64,000 nucleotides of DNA from an uncultured Actinomycetes bacterium. GTDB lineage: Bacteria > Actinomycetota > Actinomycetes > Mycobacteriales > Mycobacteriaceae. Of this stretch, positions 13,579 to 24,116 are shown piece by piece. Positions within the stretch are counted from its first letter, which is position 1, and each line of letters opens with the position of its first letter. The position numbers and the translations under genes were made by a program. The stretch covers positions 13,624 through 77,623 of the forward strand of contig CAISDL010000081.1 of the NCBI GenBank assembly GCA_903884065.1, given 5' to 3'. Below the pieces are notes generated by a model. It made no database searches and was not told the origin of the DNA. It worked only from the letters and a program-made list of their open reading frames with translations.

Positions 13579-14019
13579 ATGATCGATGACATGAGCATCG
13601 ACGCCATCTACACCGCAGAATCAACCGCCACCGGCGGTGGCCGCGACGGCCACGTCAAGTCCTCGGACGGCAAGCTGGATCTCGACACCCGGCCGCCGAA
13701 GGAGATGGGAGGCAGCGGCGACGGGGTCAACCCGGAGCTGCTGTTCTCCGCCGGTTATGCCGCCTGCTTCCTGGGGGCATTGCGTCTGGTCGCCAAGAAC
13801 ACCGGTGTCCAACTCGACGACGCCACCGGCGTCACCGTCCGGGTCGGCATCGGCAAGGACGACACCAGCTACGGGCTGACCACCGAGATCATCGGCTACC
13901 TGCCGGGCCTGGAGCACGGTCAAGCCGAAGACCTGATGAAGAAGGCCAACCAGGTCTGCCCGTACTCCAAAGCCACCCGGGGCAACGTCGAGGCAACCCT
14001 GCTGACCAAGGTGTTGTAA
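13579..14019 (+). CDS. ohr: Organic hydroperoxide resistance protein Ohr
   Basis: ATGGGRDG, NPELLFSAGYAACF, VCPYSKATRGN. Confidence 0.93.
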   Translation: MIDDMSIDAIYTAESTATGGGRDGHVKSSDGKLDLDTRPPKEMGGSGDGVNPELLFSAGYAACFLGALRLVAKNTGVQLDDATGVTVRVGIGKDDTSYGLTTEIIGYLPGLEHGQAEDLMKKANQVCPYSKATRGNVEATLLTKVL

Positions 14020-14032
14020 GCGCGAAGAGCGG

Positions 14033-15502
14033 CTACTCCCAGGTATGGACGGGTTCGTTGCTGTGCATCAACTCGGAGTACTGCCGCAGCATCTCGGCCA
14101 GCGCCCTGGGGCGGTCCATACCGCGCTGCTCCAGCCTCTCGACGGTGGCGACCTGCCAGACCGAACCGTTGCGGGCGGCTTTGGCGCGGCCTTCGATGAC
14201 ACCGAGGTAGCGGTCGCGGACGTCGGCGGCCACCTTCCAGCGCCGCAGGCCTTCGTCGGCCATCGGAAGCAGGTGGCGCAGCACCAACTCGTCGGGCGTC
14301 ACCTCGCCCAGGCCCGGCCAGTACAACCGCGCGCCCATGCCGTTGCGGGCCGCCTCGATGAAATTGTCATGTGCGGCAGAGAAACTCATCTTCGTCCACA
14401 ACGGCCGGTCTTCTTCGGAGATGATGCGCAGCAGCCCGTAGTAGAACGCCGAATTCGCCATCATGTCGACGACGGTGGGTCCGGCCGGTAGCACCCGGTT
14501 CTCCACCCGGACGTGCGGACGTCCCGCGGCGACGTCGTACACCGGACGGTTCCACCGGTACACCGTTCCGTTGTGTAGACGCAGTTCCGGCAGTAGCGGC
14601 GTGCGGCCGGCGGCGAGTTCCGCGGCGGGATCCTCCTCCGAGATCTCCGGCAGCAGCGTCGGGAAATAGCGCACGTTCTCCTCGAACAGATCGAAGATCG
14701 AGGTGATCCAGCGCTCCCCGAACCACACCCGCGGCCGCACCCCCTGTGACTTCAGCTCATCGGGCCGGGTGTCGGTGGCCTGGGCGAACAACTCGATGCG
14801 GGTCTCCGCCCAGAGGTGGTGACCGAAGAAGTACGGCGAGTTGGCCCCCATCGCCAGTTGCGGGGCGGCGATCACCTGGGCGGCGTTCCAGTTGTTGGCG
14901 AAGTCGGCGGGGGAGACCTGCAGGTGTAGCTGCATGCTGGTGCAGGCCGATTCCGGCGCAATGGATTCCGCGTACACGCTGAGGTGTTCAGCCCCGGTGA
15001 TGTCGATGAGGATGTCTTCGCCGCGCGCGGTGAAGATCGAGTCGTTGAGCGCCTGGTAGCGCATCGACGGACTCATCCAACTGCCCGCCAGATGTTCGGG
15101 CATCAGTGTCGGCAGAATGCCGATCATCACGATGTGTGCGCCGTCGGTGTTGGCCTTGGTCTCAGCGGCGTTGAGGCTGAGGCGCACCTCGTTCTCCACC
15201 TCAAGGGCGGTGCGTCCGGGCAGCGGCCGCGGCGGAACGTTCAATTCGATGTTGTAGGCGCCTAATTCGGTCTGATAGGCCGGGTCGGCGATGGCGGCGA
15301 GTACCTCCTGGTTGGACATCGCCGGCTGGTAGTCGGCGTCGACCAGGTTGCACTCGATCTCCATGCCGGTCAGCGGATGGTCGAATTCGAAACTCGACTC
15401 GGCCAGCATGGTCTCGAACACGTCAAGGCACTGCTGCACCTTCTGCCGGTACTGCTGGCGGTGCGCACGGCTGTAGCTGGTGTGCTGGACCTCTTCACCC
15501 AC
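14033..15502 (-). CDS. Glutamate-cysteine ligase (GCS2) family protein
   Basis: GMEIECNL, ELGAYNIELN, SMQLHLQV, VRVENRVLPAGP. Confidence 0.85.
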   Translation of the reverse strand: MGEEVQHTSYSRAHRQQYRQKVQQCLDVFETMLAESSFEFDHPLTGMEIECNLVDADYQPAMSNQEVLAAIADPAYQTELGAYNIELNVPPRPLPGRTALEVENEVRLSLNAAETKANTDGAHIVMIGILPTLMPEHLAGSWMSPSMRYQALNDSIFTARGEDILIDITGAEHLSVYAESIAPESACTSMQLHLQVSPADFANNWNAAQVIAAPQLAMGANSPYFFGHHLWAETRIELFAQATDTRPDELKSQGVRPRVWFGERWITSIFDLFEENVRYFPTLLPEISEEDPAAELAAGRTPLLPELRLHNGTVYRWNRPVYDVAAGRPHVRVENRVLPAGPTVVDMMANSAFYYGLLRIISEEDRPLWTKMSFSAAHDNFIEAARNGMGARLYWPGLGEVTPDELVLRHLLPMADEGLRRWKVAADVRDRYLGVIEGRAKAARNGSVWQVATVERLEQRGMDRPRALAEMLRQYSELMHSNEPVHTWE

Positions 15503-15543
15503 GGTGACGATGCAACCTGCTCGAGGTCATCGGCGCAAGGGAA

Positions 15544-16263
15544 TCACCCGGCTCGTCGGGCCAGCACCACTTGCGGGCCGAACCCGGCGGGCCGCACATC
15601 CACCTCGACCCCGGCATGCCGGGCGAGTTCCCGAAACGCCGAGGGACTGTAGGTGCGAAGCGAACTGATCAGCCCGTCGTGGGCGAATGGCCAGATCGCT
15701 GCCAGCGGCGCCATCGTGGCCAGTCTGATCAGGTGTAGCGGTGCCGGCGGCCGGGCCATGTCGATGATGATGAATCGGCTCGCCACCCGCGTGGCCTCGG
15801 CGAGTACCTGCGCGGCCAGCGGGGGTGGCAGGTGATGAAATGACAACGCGAAGACCGCCAGATCGAACGCGCCCTCGGGTGCGTCGATCGCCGTCGCGTT
15901 GACGGCCTGCACCACCGCGCGCGGATTACCGCCGAGATCCGAGGCGGCCATCGCCGCAACCGAGTCCGGGTTGATGTCGGACACCGTGACTCGGACGGTC
16001 GGGTGCTCCTCGAGCAGTCGGCGGGACAACTCGCCGTGCCCGGCGCCGAGTTCGAGGATTCTCGGATCGGCCACGTCGGCAACCTCGTCAAGAACCAGGC
16101 GGGCATTGCGGTCGTGCTCCCCGAACAGAGCCTCCACCCGATTCAGCGTCGCGATCACACCCGCCTTGACCGAGGCGTCGACATCATCGCGGTCCAGGTA
16201 CTCCCGCCGGTCGGTCTGCAACAGGCGGTCCAGGCACGAGGCGTCCGGGCCACCTCGGGGCAT
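15544..16263 (-). CDS. Class I SAM-dependent methyltransferase
   Basis: ILELGAGHG motif I, FDLAVFALSFHH; start could lie up to 16320. Confidence 0.88.
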   Translation of the reverse strand: MPRGGPDASCLDRLLQTDRREYLDRDDVDASVKAGVIATLNRVEALFGEHDRNARLVLDEVADVADPRILELGAGHGELSRRLLEEHPTVRVTVSDINPDSVAAMAASDLGGNPRAVVQAVNATAIDAPEGAFDLAVFALSFHHLPPPLAAQVLAEATRVASRFIIIDMARPPAPLHLIRLATMAPLAAIWPFAHDGLISSLRTYSPSAFRELARHAGVEVDVRPAGFGPQVVLARRAG

Positions 16264-16383
16264 GCCCGTCAGGTCGGAGACATCGGAAGCAGAATTCGCA
16301 GAGCCCATGTACACCAGCATGGACGGTGGCAGACTCCCAGCACAGTTTCAACCGCCTGACACGCGCCGATACCGAGGAGCACC

Positions 16384-17898
16384 GTGGCCGACTTCGTCGC
16401 CTCCATTGACCAGGGCACCACCAGCACGCGCTGCATGATCTTCGACCACAACGGCCTGGAGGTCGGTCGAAGTCAGCTTGAGCACAGCCAGATTCTGCCG
16501 CGGGCCGGCTGGGTCGAGCACAACGCGACTGAGATCTGGGGAAACACCCAGACAGTGGTGACCTCCGCACTGAACAACACCAACCTGAAGGCCTCCAACA
16601 TCGCCGCGCTGGGTATCACCAACCAGCGCGAGACCACCATCGTCTGGCACCGCAAGACAGGTCAGCCCTACTACAACGCCATCGTCTGGCAGGACACCCG
16701 GACCGACCAGATCGCCGCTGCTCTGGACCGCGACGGCCGTGGCGATGTCATCCGGCGCAAGGCCGGACTGCCGCCGGCCACCTACTTCTCCGGCGGAAAA
16801 CTGCAGTGGCTACTGGAGAATGTCCCCGGTCTGCGGGAGGACGCCGAACGCGGCGAAGCGCTGTTCGGCACCCCTGATGTGTGGGTGCTGTGGAACATGA
16901 CCGGCGGCGTACACGGCGGGGTGCACATCACCGACCCGACCAACGCCAGTCGCACCATGCTGATGGACCTCGAGACGCTCGACTGGGACGACGAACTCCT
17001 CGGATTCTTCGGAATCCCGCGTGCGATGCTCCCGACGATCCGGCCGTCGTCGTCGCCCCAGCCCTACGGGATGACCCTGGCCGACGGACCGATGATCGGT
17101 GCTGTCCCGGTGACGGCGAGCCTCGGCGACCAGCAGGCCGCCATGGTGGGCCAGGTCTGCCTCAAGCCCGGCGAGGCCAAGAACACCTACGGCACCGGCA
17201 ACTTCCTGCTGCTCAATACCGGAGAGAAGATCGTTCGCAGCGAGAACGGCCTGCTGACCACGGTGTGCTATCAGTTCGGTGACGCGAAACCCGTCTACGC
17301 GCTTGAGGGTTCGATCGCCGTGACCGGATCGGCGGTCCAGTGGCTGCGCGATCAGTTGGGCATCATCAGCGGCGCCGCCGACAGCGAGGCCCTTGCCTCC
17401 CAGGTCGAGGACAACGGGGGCATCTACTTCGTCCCGGCGTTCTCCGGCCTGTTCGCCCCGTACTGGCGCTCCGACGCGCGCGGGGCCATTGTCGGCCTGT
17501 CGCGCTTCAACTCCAACGCCCACATCGCGCGGGCCACCTTGGAGGCCATCTGCTACCAGAGCCGCGACGTGGTCGACGCGATGGCCGCCGACTCGGGGGT
17601 CAAGCTCGAGGTGCTCAAGGTCGACGGCGGGGTGACGCTCAACGAACTCTGCATGCAAATCCAGGCCGATGTGCTCGGGGTGGACGTCGTGCGGCCGAAG
17701 GTGCCCGAGACGACCGCACTCGGCGCCGCCTATGCGGCCGGCCTGGCCGTCGGCTACTGGTCGGATCCGGAGGATCTGCGGGCCAACTGGCAGGAGGACC
17801 GCCGGTGGTCACCGCAGTGGACCGAGGAGCAGCGCGCCAAGGGGTATGCCGGCTGGCGCAAGGCTGTCGAGCGCACGTTGGACTGGGTTGAGGTCTAA
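16384..17898 (+). CDS. glpK: Glycerol kinase
   Basis: [42 protein letters not shown]. Confidence 0.98.
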   Translation: MADFVASIDQGTTSTRCMIFDHNGLEVGRSQLEHSQILPRAGWVEHNATEIWGNTQTVVTSALNNTNLKASNIAALGITNQRETTIVWHRKTGQPYYNAIVWQDTRTDQIAAALDRDGRGDVIRRKAGLPPATYFSGGKLQWLLENVPGLREDAERGEALFGTPDVWVLWNMTGGVHGGVHITDPTNASRTMLMDLETLDWDDELLGFFGIPRAMLPTIRPSSSPQPYGMTLADGPMIGAVPVTASLGDQQAAMVGQVCLKPGEAKNTYGTGNFLLLNTGEKIVRSENGLLTTVCYQFGDAKPVYALEGSIAVTGSAVQWLRDQLGIISGAADSEALASQVEDNGGIYFVPAFSGLFAPYWRSDARGAIVGLSRFNSNAHIARATLEAICYQSRDVVDAMAADSGVKLEVLKVDGGVTLNELCMQIQADVLGVDVVRPKVPETTALGAAYAAGLAVGYWSDPEDLRANWQEDRRWSPQWTEEQRAKGYAGWRKAVERTLDWVEV

Positions 17899-17906
17899 AA
17901 CCATCC

Positions 17907-17953
17907 ACTTCGGCGCGATTTCGTGCGCTGAGCGAACGTGAGCGCACCGAAGT
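17907..17953. repeat. REP-like imperfect palindrome after glpK
   Basis: acttcggcgcg ... cgcaccgaagt outer arms with inner gtgcgct/agcgcac arms. Confidence 0.6.
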
Positions 17954-17971
17954 CGTGGCAATGTGGTCGGT

Positions 17972-19381
17972 ATGACCGAGACCGCGAACCTGCCCACCGC
18001 CGGCCCGGCGAATCAGGCTGACGCCGGCCCGGCGAATCAGACTGACGCCGGCCCGGCGAATCAGACTGACGCCGGCCCGTTCCACATGCGCGGCAACTAC
18101 GCGCCGGTTCCCGACGAACTCACCGAGTACGACCTGCCGGTCCAGGGAACCATTCCGCCCGAACTCGACGGCTGGTACCTGCGCAACGGTTCCAACCCCC
18201 GCACGCCGACCGGGCACTGGTTCGTCGGCGACGGCATGATCCACGGCGTCCGCATCGAAGACGGGGCCGCGAAGTGGTACCGCAATCGGTGGGTGCGCAC
18301 CGAGAGCTTCGAGAAGTCCTTCCCGCTCTACAACGCCGACGGCACGCGTAACCTTCGCTCGTCGGTGGCCAACACCCACGTCGTCAACCACGCCGGCCGG
18401 ACCCTGGCCCTGGTGGAGTCGTCGTTGCCCTACGAGATCACCAACGATCTCGAGACCATCGGGTGCTACGACTTCGACGGCAAACTCAACGACGCGATGA
18501 CCGCGCACCCGAAGATCTGCCCGACCACCGGGGAGTTGCACTTCTTCGGCTACGGCAACATTTTTCAGCCGCATGTCACCTATCACCGCGCCGACGCCGA
18601 CGGACACCTCACTGTCAACCGGCCACTGGAAGTGCCAGCGCTGACGATGATGCACGACTTCGCCATGTCGGCGGGGCATGTGATCTTCATGGACCTGCCG
18701 ATCGTCTTCAGCCTCGACATCGCCATCAACGGCAAAGGGGATATGCCCTACCGCTGGGACGACGCGTACGGGGCCCGCTTGGGCGTCCTGCGCCGCGATG
18801 ACCCGTTCGGCGAGGTCCGCTGGTTCGAGATCGACCCGTGTTACGTCTTCCATGTCGCCAACGCCTACGACAGATCCGGTCCGTCCGGTAATTCCATTGT
18901 CCTGCAAGCGGTCCGGTACCCGGAGCTGTGGCGCAACGACGGGGGCTTCGGCGCGAGCGGGGTGCTGTGGGAGTGGACGCTGAACCTGGACGACGGGACG
19001 GTGGCCGAACGTCAACTCGACGACCGCGCGGTGGAATTCCCCCGTATCGACGACCGGCTGGCGGGCCTGCCCGCCCGCTATGCCGTCTCGGTCGCCGACG
19101 CGGCCCTGGTGCGCTACGACCTGAGTGACGGTGCCGCCGTGGAACACCGGTTCGCCGGTTCGGGCGTCGGCGGACCGGGTGAGGCGGTCTTCGTTCCCTC
19201 GCCGGACGGGCCGGCCGACGAGGCCAACGGCTGGTATCTCGCGTACGTCTACGACGCGGCGCGCAACAGCAGCGATCTGGTGATCCTGGATGCCGCCGAT
19301 TTCGGCGGCGAACCTGTTGCCCGCATCCAGTTGCCGCGCCGGGTTCCCTACGGATTCCACGGCAACTGGATCCCCGCCTGA
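17972..19381 (+). CDS. Carotenoid cleavage oxygenase (RPE65/CCO family, Rv0654-like)
   Basis: GNYAPV, RNGSNP, DGMIH, four Fe-ligand His (TAHPK, MHDF, FHVAN, GFHGNW). Confidence 0.93.
   Translation: MTETANLPTAGPANQADAGPANQTDAGPANQTDAGPFHMRGNYAPVPDELTEYDLPVQGTIPPELDGWYLRNGSNPRTPTGHWFVGDGMIHGVRIEDGAAKWYRNRWVRTESFEKSFPLYNADGTRNLRSSVANTHVVNHAGRTLALVESSLPYEITNDLETIGCYDFDGKLNDAMTAHPKICPTTGELHFFGYGNIFQPHVTYHRADADGHLTVNRPLEVPALTMMHDFAMSAGHVIFMDLPIVFSLDIAINGKGDMPYRWDDAYGARLGVLRRDDPFGEVRWFEIDPCYVFHVANAYDRSGPSGNSIVLQAVRYPELWRNDGGFGASGVLWEWTLNLDDGTVAERQLDDRAVEFPRIDDRLAGLPARYAVSVADAALVRYDLSDGAAVEHRFAGSGVGGPGEAVFVPSPDGPADEANGWYLAYVYDAARNSSDLVILDAADFGGEPVARIQLPRRVPYGFHGNWIPA
17999..18079 (+). repeat. 24-bp in-frame tandem repeat, about 3.4 copies (AGPANQ[A/T]D)
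   Basis: gccggcccggcgaatcag(g/a)ctgac x3 plus gccggcccg. Confidence 0.95.
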
Positions 19382-19610
19382 CCGGTGGTGACCGCCTTTT
19401 CGGGCTCGAAACCGTAGGACTGTACGCTACCGGCCGGCCGGTCCGCCGAGGCCGCCCCGCGACGGGGCCGAGGTGTCTGTTGCCCTGTTGAACAAGGTTT
19501 TGCCCGTTTCTGGCAATCGCTCGAAAGCGGTTGCAGGCACCCACGACCCGCCCTAGTGTGTGCAGGAATCTGTGCCCTGGACCACAGAGCGGAGGGGGGA
19601 CGGCCACCGT

Positions 19611-20465
19611 ATGACGACGTCGGAAACCGGCCGCACGCACGACGGCATCAGGGAGATCGACGACTGGGTCGCCGGATACGTCAAGCGGCATCCGTCTGCG
19701 GCGATCGCCACCGGTGGCAATCAGGCCATCATGGCGATCCGCACCATCCAGACACTGTTCATCGACCTGTTCACCGGCAAGTTCCAGTGGAAAGAGTTCA
19801 TCCGCCAGGCCGCGTTCATGGCGGGAACCTCGGTGGCGCCCACGATCATGGTGGCGCTGCCGATCGGCGTGACGCTCTCGGTCCAGTTCGCTCTGCTCGC
19901 CGGGCAGGTCGGTGCCACCTCAATGGCCGGCGCGGCCAGTGGCCTGGCGGTGATCCGGCAGGCGGCGTCCTTGGTGGCGGCGATCATCATGGCGGCGGCC
20001 GTCGGCTCAGCGATCACCGCCGACCTGGGCTCCCGAAAGATCCGCGATGAGATCGACGCCCTCGAGGTTCTGGGCATCTCGGTGATCCAGCGTCTCGTCG
20101 TGCCCAGGTTCGTCGCGGCCATCCTGATCTCCCTGGCGCTGACCGGACTGGTCTGCTTCACCGGCTTCCTGGCCAGCTACCTGTTCAACGTCTACTTCCA
20201 GCACGGTGCCCCGGGCAGCTTCGTGGCGACCTTCGCCTCGTTCACGACGACCTCGGACATGCAACTGGCGATGGTCAAAGCCGTCGTCTACGGGGCGATC
20301 GTCGGGGTCGTTGCCTGCCAGAAGGGTCTGAGCACCAGCGGTGGCTCGATCGGCGTGGCCAACGCGGTCAACTCCTCTGTTGTCGAGTCCATCCTGCTGC
20401 TGATGATCTCCAACGTCGCGATCAGCCAGATGTACCTGATCCTCTTCCCGAAGACGGGGCTGTAA
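19611..20465 (+). CDS. yrbEA: Mce permease YrbEA
   Basis: MlaE-family ADLGSRKIRDEIDALEVLG; ATG start choice approximate. Confidence 0.93.
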   Translation: MTTSETGRTHDGIREIDDWVAGYVKRHPSAAIATGGNQAIMAIRTIQTLFIDLFTGKFQWKEFIRQAAFMAGTSVAPTIMVALPIGVTLSVQFALLAGQVGATSMAGAASGLAVIRQAASLVAAIIMAAAVGSAITADLGSRKIRDEIDALEVLGISVIQRLVVPRFVAAILISLALTGLVCFTGFLASYLFNVYFQHGAPGSFVATFASFTTTSDMQLAMVKAVVYGAIVGVVACQKGLSTSGGSIGVANAVNSSVVESILLLMISNVAISQMYLILFPKTGL

Positions 20466-20468
20466 GCG

Positions 20469-21326
20469 ATGACCGTCGCCAAGGCGACTCCGCCGATCCT
20501 TCAGCCGCTGCAGCGGCTGGGGTCCAAGATCACCGGCCCGATCATGCAACTCGGGCACGTGCTCGACTTCGGCATCCGCGCGATCGCCGGCGTCCCGGTC
20601 GTCCTGAAGAGCTACCGCAAGGAGTTCACCCGGCTGCTGTCCGACGTCGCGTGGGGCAACGGATCGCTGGTGGTCGGCGGCGGCACGGCCGGTGTCGCGC
20701 TCGTCCTGGGCGTCGTCGTCGGTGTCATGGTCGGTATCGAGGGCTACAACTTCCTGCAGCTGCTCGGCCTCGGACCCGCCGTCGGCATCATCTCGTCGCT
20801 GGTCAACACCCGGGAACTCGCACCGATCGCCTGCGCGTTGGCCTTCTCCACCCAGAGCGGCTGCCGATTCACCGCTCAGTTGGGCGCCATGCGGATCTCC
20901 GAGGAGATCGACGCCACCGAGGTCATGGCGATCCCGTCGATCCCGTACATGGTGACCACCCGCCTGATGGCCTCGGTCATCGCCATCATTCCGCTCTACA
21001 TCCTCTGCCTGGGCGTCAGTTACCTGAGCACCCAGGTCATCGTCTCGCTCATCAGCGGCGGCTCGATGGGCGGCTACATGCACTACTTCGGCCTGATGCT
21101 CAGTGGCAAGGAGATCCTCTTCTCCGTGATCAAGTGCGTCATCTTCGTCGCCATCGCCGCGGTGCTGCAGTGTTACTACGGCTACTACGCCAGCGGCGGA
21201 CCGGAAGGCGTCGGCGTGGCCGCCGGCCATGCGATGCGTGCCGCCATCGTCGTGGTCGTGATCGTGAACATGCTGCTGACCATGGCGATGTTCAGCCTGG
21301 ACTCCGGCGCAAGGTTCGGCGGCTGA
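20469..21326 (+). CDS. yrbEB: Mce permease YrbEB
   Basis: RELAP...AQLGAMRISEEIDA.EVM. Confidence 0.94.
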   Translation: MTVAKATPPILQPLQRLGSKITGPIMQLGHVLDFGIRAIAGVPVVLKSYRKEFTRLLSDVAWGNGSLVVGGGTAGVALVLGVVVGVMVGIEGYNFLQLLGLGPAVGIISSLVNTRELAPIACALAFSTQSGCRFTAQLGAMRISEEIDATEVMAIPSIPYMVTTRLMASVIAIIPLYILCLGVSYLSTQVIVSLISGGSMGGYMHYFGLMLSGKEILFSVIKCVIFVAIAAVLQCYYGYYASGGPEGVGVAAGHAMRAAIVVVVIVNMLLTMAMFSLDSGARFGG

Positions 21327-23032
21327 TGGCCAAAGTCTTTGATCCCAGCGGCCGCGGCCCGAGCGCCAAACGGCTGATGGCCCTGGGCATCGGCATGATC
21401 ATCGCTTCGCTGGTGATCGCCACCCTGCTGGTGTTCAAGTCCCAGGGCAGGCTGGAGAACTACACCAGCATCACCGCCGACCTCAATAACGTCGGCGACG
21501 GTCTGCCCGCCCGGTCCGACGTCCGTTACCACGGCCTGCTGGTCGGTTCGACGACCACCGTGACGCCGGCCGCCTTCGGCAAGCCCAACTTCGTCGACAT
21601 CGATCTTCAGGGCGAATACGCCCCGCACATCCCCCGGACCGTCACCGCACGGGTGGTGCCCAGCAACGTGTTCGCGGTGTCCAGCGTCGAACTCGTCGAC
21701 AATGGGGAAGCGCCGCCGCTGAAGTCCGGCGACCACATCCAAGAGGACAAAAACCTTCCCACGGTGTTGTTCCAGACCACCATCAGCAAGCTGCGCGACA
21801 TCCTGTACGCCACCGGCCGGGATCGTAACGACACCACACTCGGGATCCTGGCCGCCGTCAACGCCGCCACCCACGACCGTCGCCCGCAGTTGCTCAAGAC
21901 CGGCGCTCAACTCGACAACCTGGTCAATCAGCTCAACGCGACCGTGGCCACCGACTCCTCCAGCCCGTCGATGCTCAGCGCTCTGGTCACCGCCGCAGAA
22001 GGACTGCAGCAGACCGCGCCGGACCTGCTCGACGCGCTGCATCAGGCCGTGGTCCCGATGCAGGTCCTCGTCGAACAGCGCGCGCAGTTGGAGAACATGC
22101 TCAGCGGTGGCGCCACCACACTCGGCATGACGCACACGGCGTTCGCCAACCAGACCGACCGGATGATCACGATCGGCAATCAACTGACACCGGTGCTCGG
22201 GGTGCTGGCCCAGACCTCCAACAACTGGCTGCCCGGCTTCCAGAAGATGAAGGTCTTCTCGGACAAGTTCCATGAGGGCTGGCTCCCCGGGTTGGATATC
22301 TTCAACCTGCGCGGCAACCTGGCCCTGGCCCCGACCTACTCCTACACCCGCGCCGACTGCCCGGCGTACGGGGAGATGAAGGGCCCCAGCTGTTTCACCG
22401 CCCCTCTGATCGCGGTGCGGCCGGACCTTCCCGAAGTTCTGATGCCGGAGAACTACCAGCCGCCCAAAGACCTGATGCCGCCACCGGGAACCGTCGTGGG
22501 GCCCAGTGGGAATCTGATCGCCGTGGGACCGCCGTACATCCTCCCCAACGGACCGAACCTGGTTGACCCGAACCCGCCGCTGTCCGCCGGTATCGGGACC
22601 GGCATCCTCGGCACCAACGGCCCCGCGATGACCGCCGCTCCGCCGGTCCCCGGCACCGCCAACCCGGCCTTCGGAACAAGTCCCCGACCGGTGACAGAGC
22701 CGAACCGGTCTCCGCTCGCCCCCGTCGCGCCCTGGCCGCCCGGCTTCCTGCCCGGCGATCCCGGACCGCATGTCGGTGACCCCGGCGTTCCGGGCCCCCA
22801 GCTTCCCCCGCCGGCGGCCCCGGCACCGGCACCACCGCCGGCACCCGTGGTGGGCCCGCTCCCGGCCGAGGCGGCGCCGGCCTCCTTTGGTGGAAACGTC
22901 GGCCCGGTCGGCAGTGCACAAGAACGCAACCAGCTGTCCTACATCACCGGCCAGCCGGCGACGACCGCCACCCAGTTGCTGATGGCACCCGTCCTTCGCG
23001 GCATGACGGTGTCTCCGGGTGAGGATGCGTAG
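21326..23032 (+). CDS. mceA: Mce family protein A with Pro-rich C-terminus
   Basis: TGATG coupling, TM anchor, MlaD domain GDGLPARSDVRYHG. Confidence 0.92.
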   Translation: MAKVFDPSGRGPSAKRLMALGIGMIIASLVIATLLVFKSQGRLENYTSITADLNNVGDGLPARSDVRYHGLLVGSTTTVTPAAFGKPNFVDIDLQGEYAPHIPRTVTARVVPSNVFAVSSVELVDNGEAPPLKSGDHIQEDKNLPTVLFQTTISKLRDILYATGRDRNDTTLGILAAVNAATHDRRPQLLKTGAQLDNLVNQLNATVATDSSSPSMLSALVTAAEGLQQTAPDLLDALHQAVVPMQVLVEQRAQLENMLSGGATTLGMTHTAFANQTDRMITIGNQLTPVLGVLAQTSNNWLPGFQKMKVFSDKFHEGWLPGLDIFNLRGNLALAPTYSYTRADCPAYGEMKGPSCFTAPLIAVRPDLPEVLMPENYQPPKDLMPPPGTVVGPSGNLIAVGPPYILPNGPNLVDPNPPLSAGIGTGILGTNGPAMTAAPPVPGTANPAFGTSPRPVTEPNRSPLAPVAPWPPGFLPGDPGPHVGDPGVPGPQLPPPAAPAPAPPPAPVVGPLPAEAAPASFGGNVGPVGSAQERNQLSYITGQPATTATQLLMAPVLRGMTVSPGEDA

Positions 23033-23048
23033 ACATGAGAAATAGACC

Positions 23049-24116
23049 ATGAAAATTCGGAAGCAGGCGATCGGCCTGGCGATCTTCCTGGTGATCACCT
23101 CGGTGATGACCTGGCTGGTCTACGCGACGCTGCAGCGCCAGGTGACCGGCGACACCACCGAGTACGCCGCGGAGTTCACCGACGTGTTCGGCTTGCGCGA
23201 CGGCGACGACGTCCGGATGGCCGGCGTGCGGGTGGGCCGGGTGTCCAAGATCGAGTTGGGCGGCGAACCCGGCAACAGCAAGGCCCGGGTCGACTTCGCC
23301 CTGCAGAACGACCAGAAGATCATGGCCAACACCGAGGCAGCCATCCTCTATCAGAACATCGTCGGTCAGCGGTACCTCGACCTGCGGCTGGGCAAGGCAG
23401 GGGACTCGACACCGCTGCCGGGCGGAAGTGTCATCCCGGTCTCGCGCACCATTCCCTCCTTCGACGTCGGGATCGTGCTCAACGGATACGAGCCGCTGTT
23501 CGCCACCATCGACCCCAAAGCCGCGGATCAGATTTCCGAAGCCGCCGTCCAGGCGCTGTCGGGAGACACCACCGCATGGGCAACCCTGGTCGACAAGTCC
23601 GGCAAGCTCACCGAAACCATCGCCGGACGTGACGAACTGCTGGGCGACATGATCAGCGGCATGGATCGGCTGTTCGGAACGCTGGCCAATCAGAACGGCA
23701 ACATCGATAAGACGATCGGCAACGCCCAGCAGATGGTGACCAGCCTCAACGCCCGCCGGCCGGAACTGGTCGCCTCGATGGGTTCGCTCTCCCGGGTGGT
23801 CTCCCAACTCGGTGCGGTCACCAACGAGGTGAACCCGGCGCTGCAGGCACTGATCACCCGCGAGCCCGGCTTCGCCGCGCACCTGGTCACCATCGAGCCG
23901 CAACTCGCCTTCATGGGTGCCAACCTGCCGAAGATGCTCAAAGGCCTGGCCCGGGCCACCCAGGACGGCGCCTACATCAACGTCTACACCTGTGACCTCA
24001 ACCTCCTGGGCTTCTTTCCCGGCCTCAACGACGTGACCCCGGTCATCGTCAATGCCGCCACGCCCGGCAACCAGGCGCAACACACGCCGAAGTGCAGGAG
24101 CATGGCCAATGGTTGA
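23049..24116 (+). CDS. mceB: Mce family protein B
   Basis: FTDVFGLRDGDDVRMAGVRVG, GQRYLDL. Confidence 0.93.
   Translation: MKIRKQAIGLAIFLVITSVMTWLVYATLQRQVTGDTTEYAAEFTDVFGLRDGDDVRMAGVRVGRVSKIELGGEPGNSKARVDFALQNDQKIMANTEAAILYQNIVGQRYLDLRLGKAGDSTPLPGGSVIPVSRTIPSFDVGIVLNGYEPLFATIDPKAADQISEAAVQALSGDTTAWATLVDKSGKLTETIAGRDELLGDMISGMDRLFGTLANQNGNIDKTIGNAQQMVTSLNARRPELVASMGSLSRVVSQLGAVTNEVNPALQALITREPGFAAHLVTIEPQLAFMGANLPKMLKGLARATQDGAYINVYTCDLNLLGFFPGLNDVTPVIVNAATPGNQAQHTPKCRSMANG

Noticed and set aside
11829-13607. 592-aa minus-strand ORF
   Set aside because: Antisense to the ABC binding protein; typical GC-rich shadow with no motifs.
17639-19360. 573-aa minus-strand ORF containing repeated AGVSLIRR
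   Set aside because: Antisense reading of the oxygenase and its 24-bp VNTR.
21185-23098. 637-aa minus-strand ORF, and the 793-aa call 20651..23032
   Set aside because: The first is a shadow of mceA. The second is mceA with a spurious upstream extension; the true start is the coupled ATG 21326.
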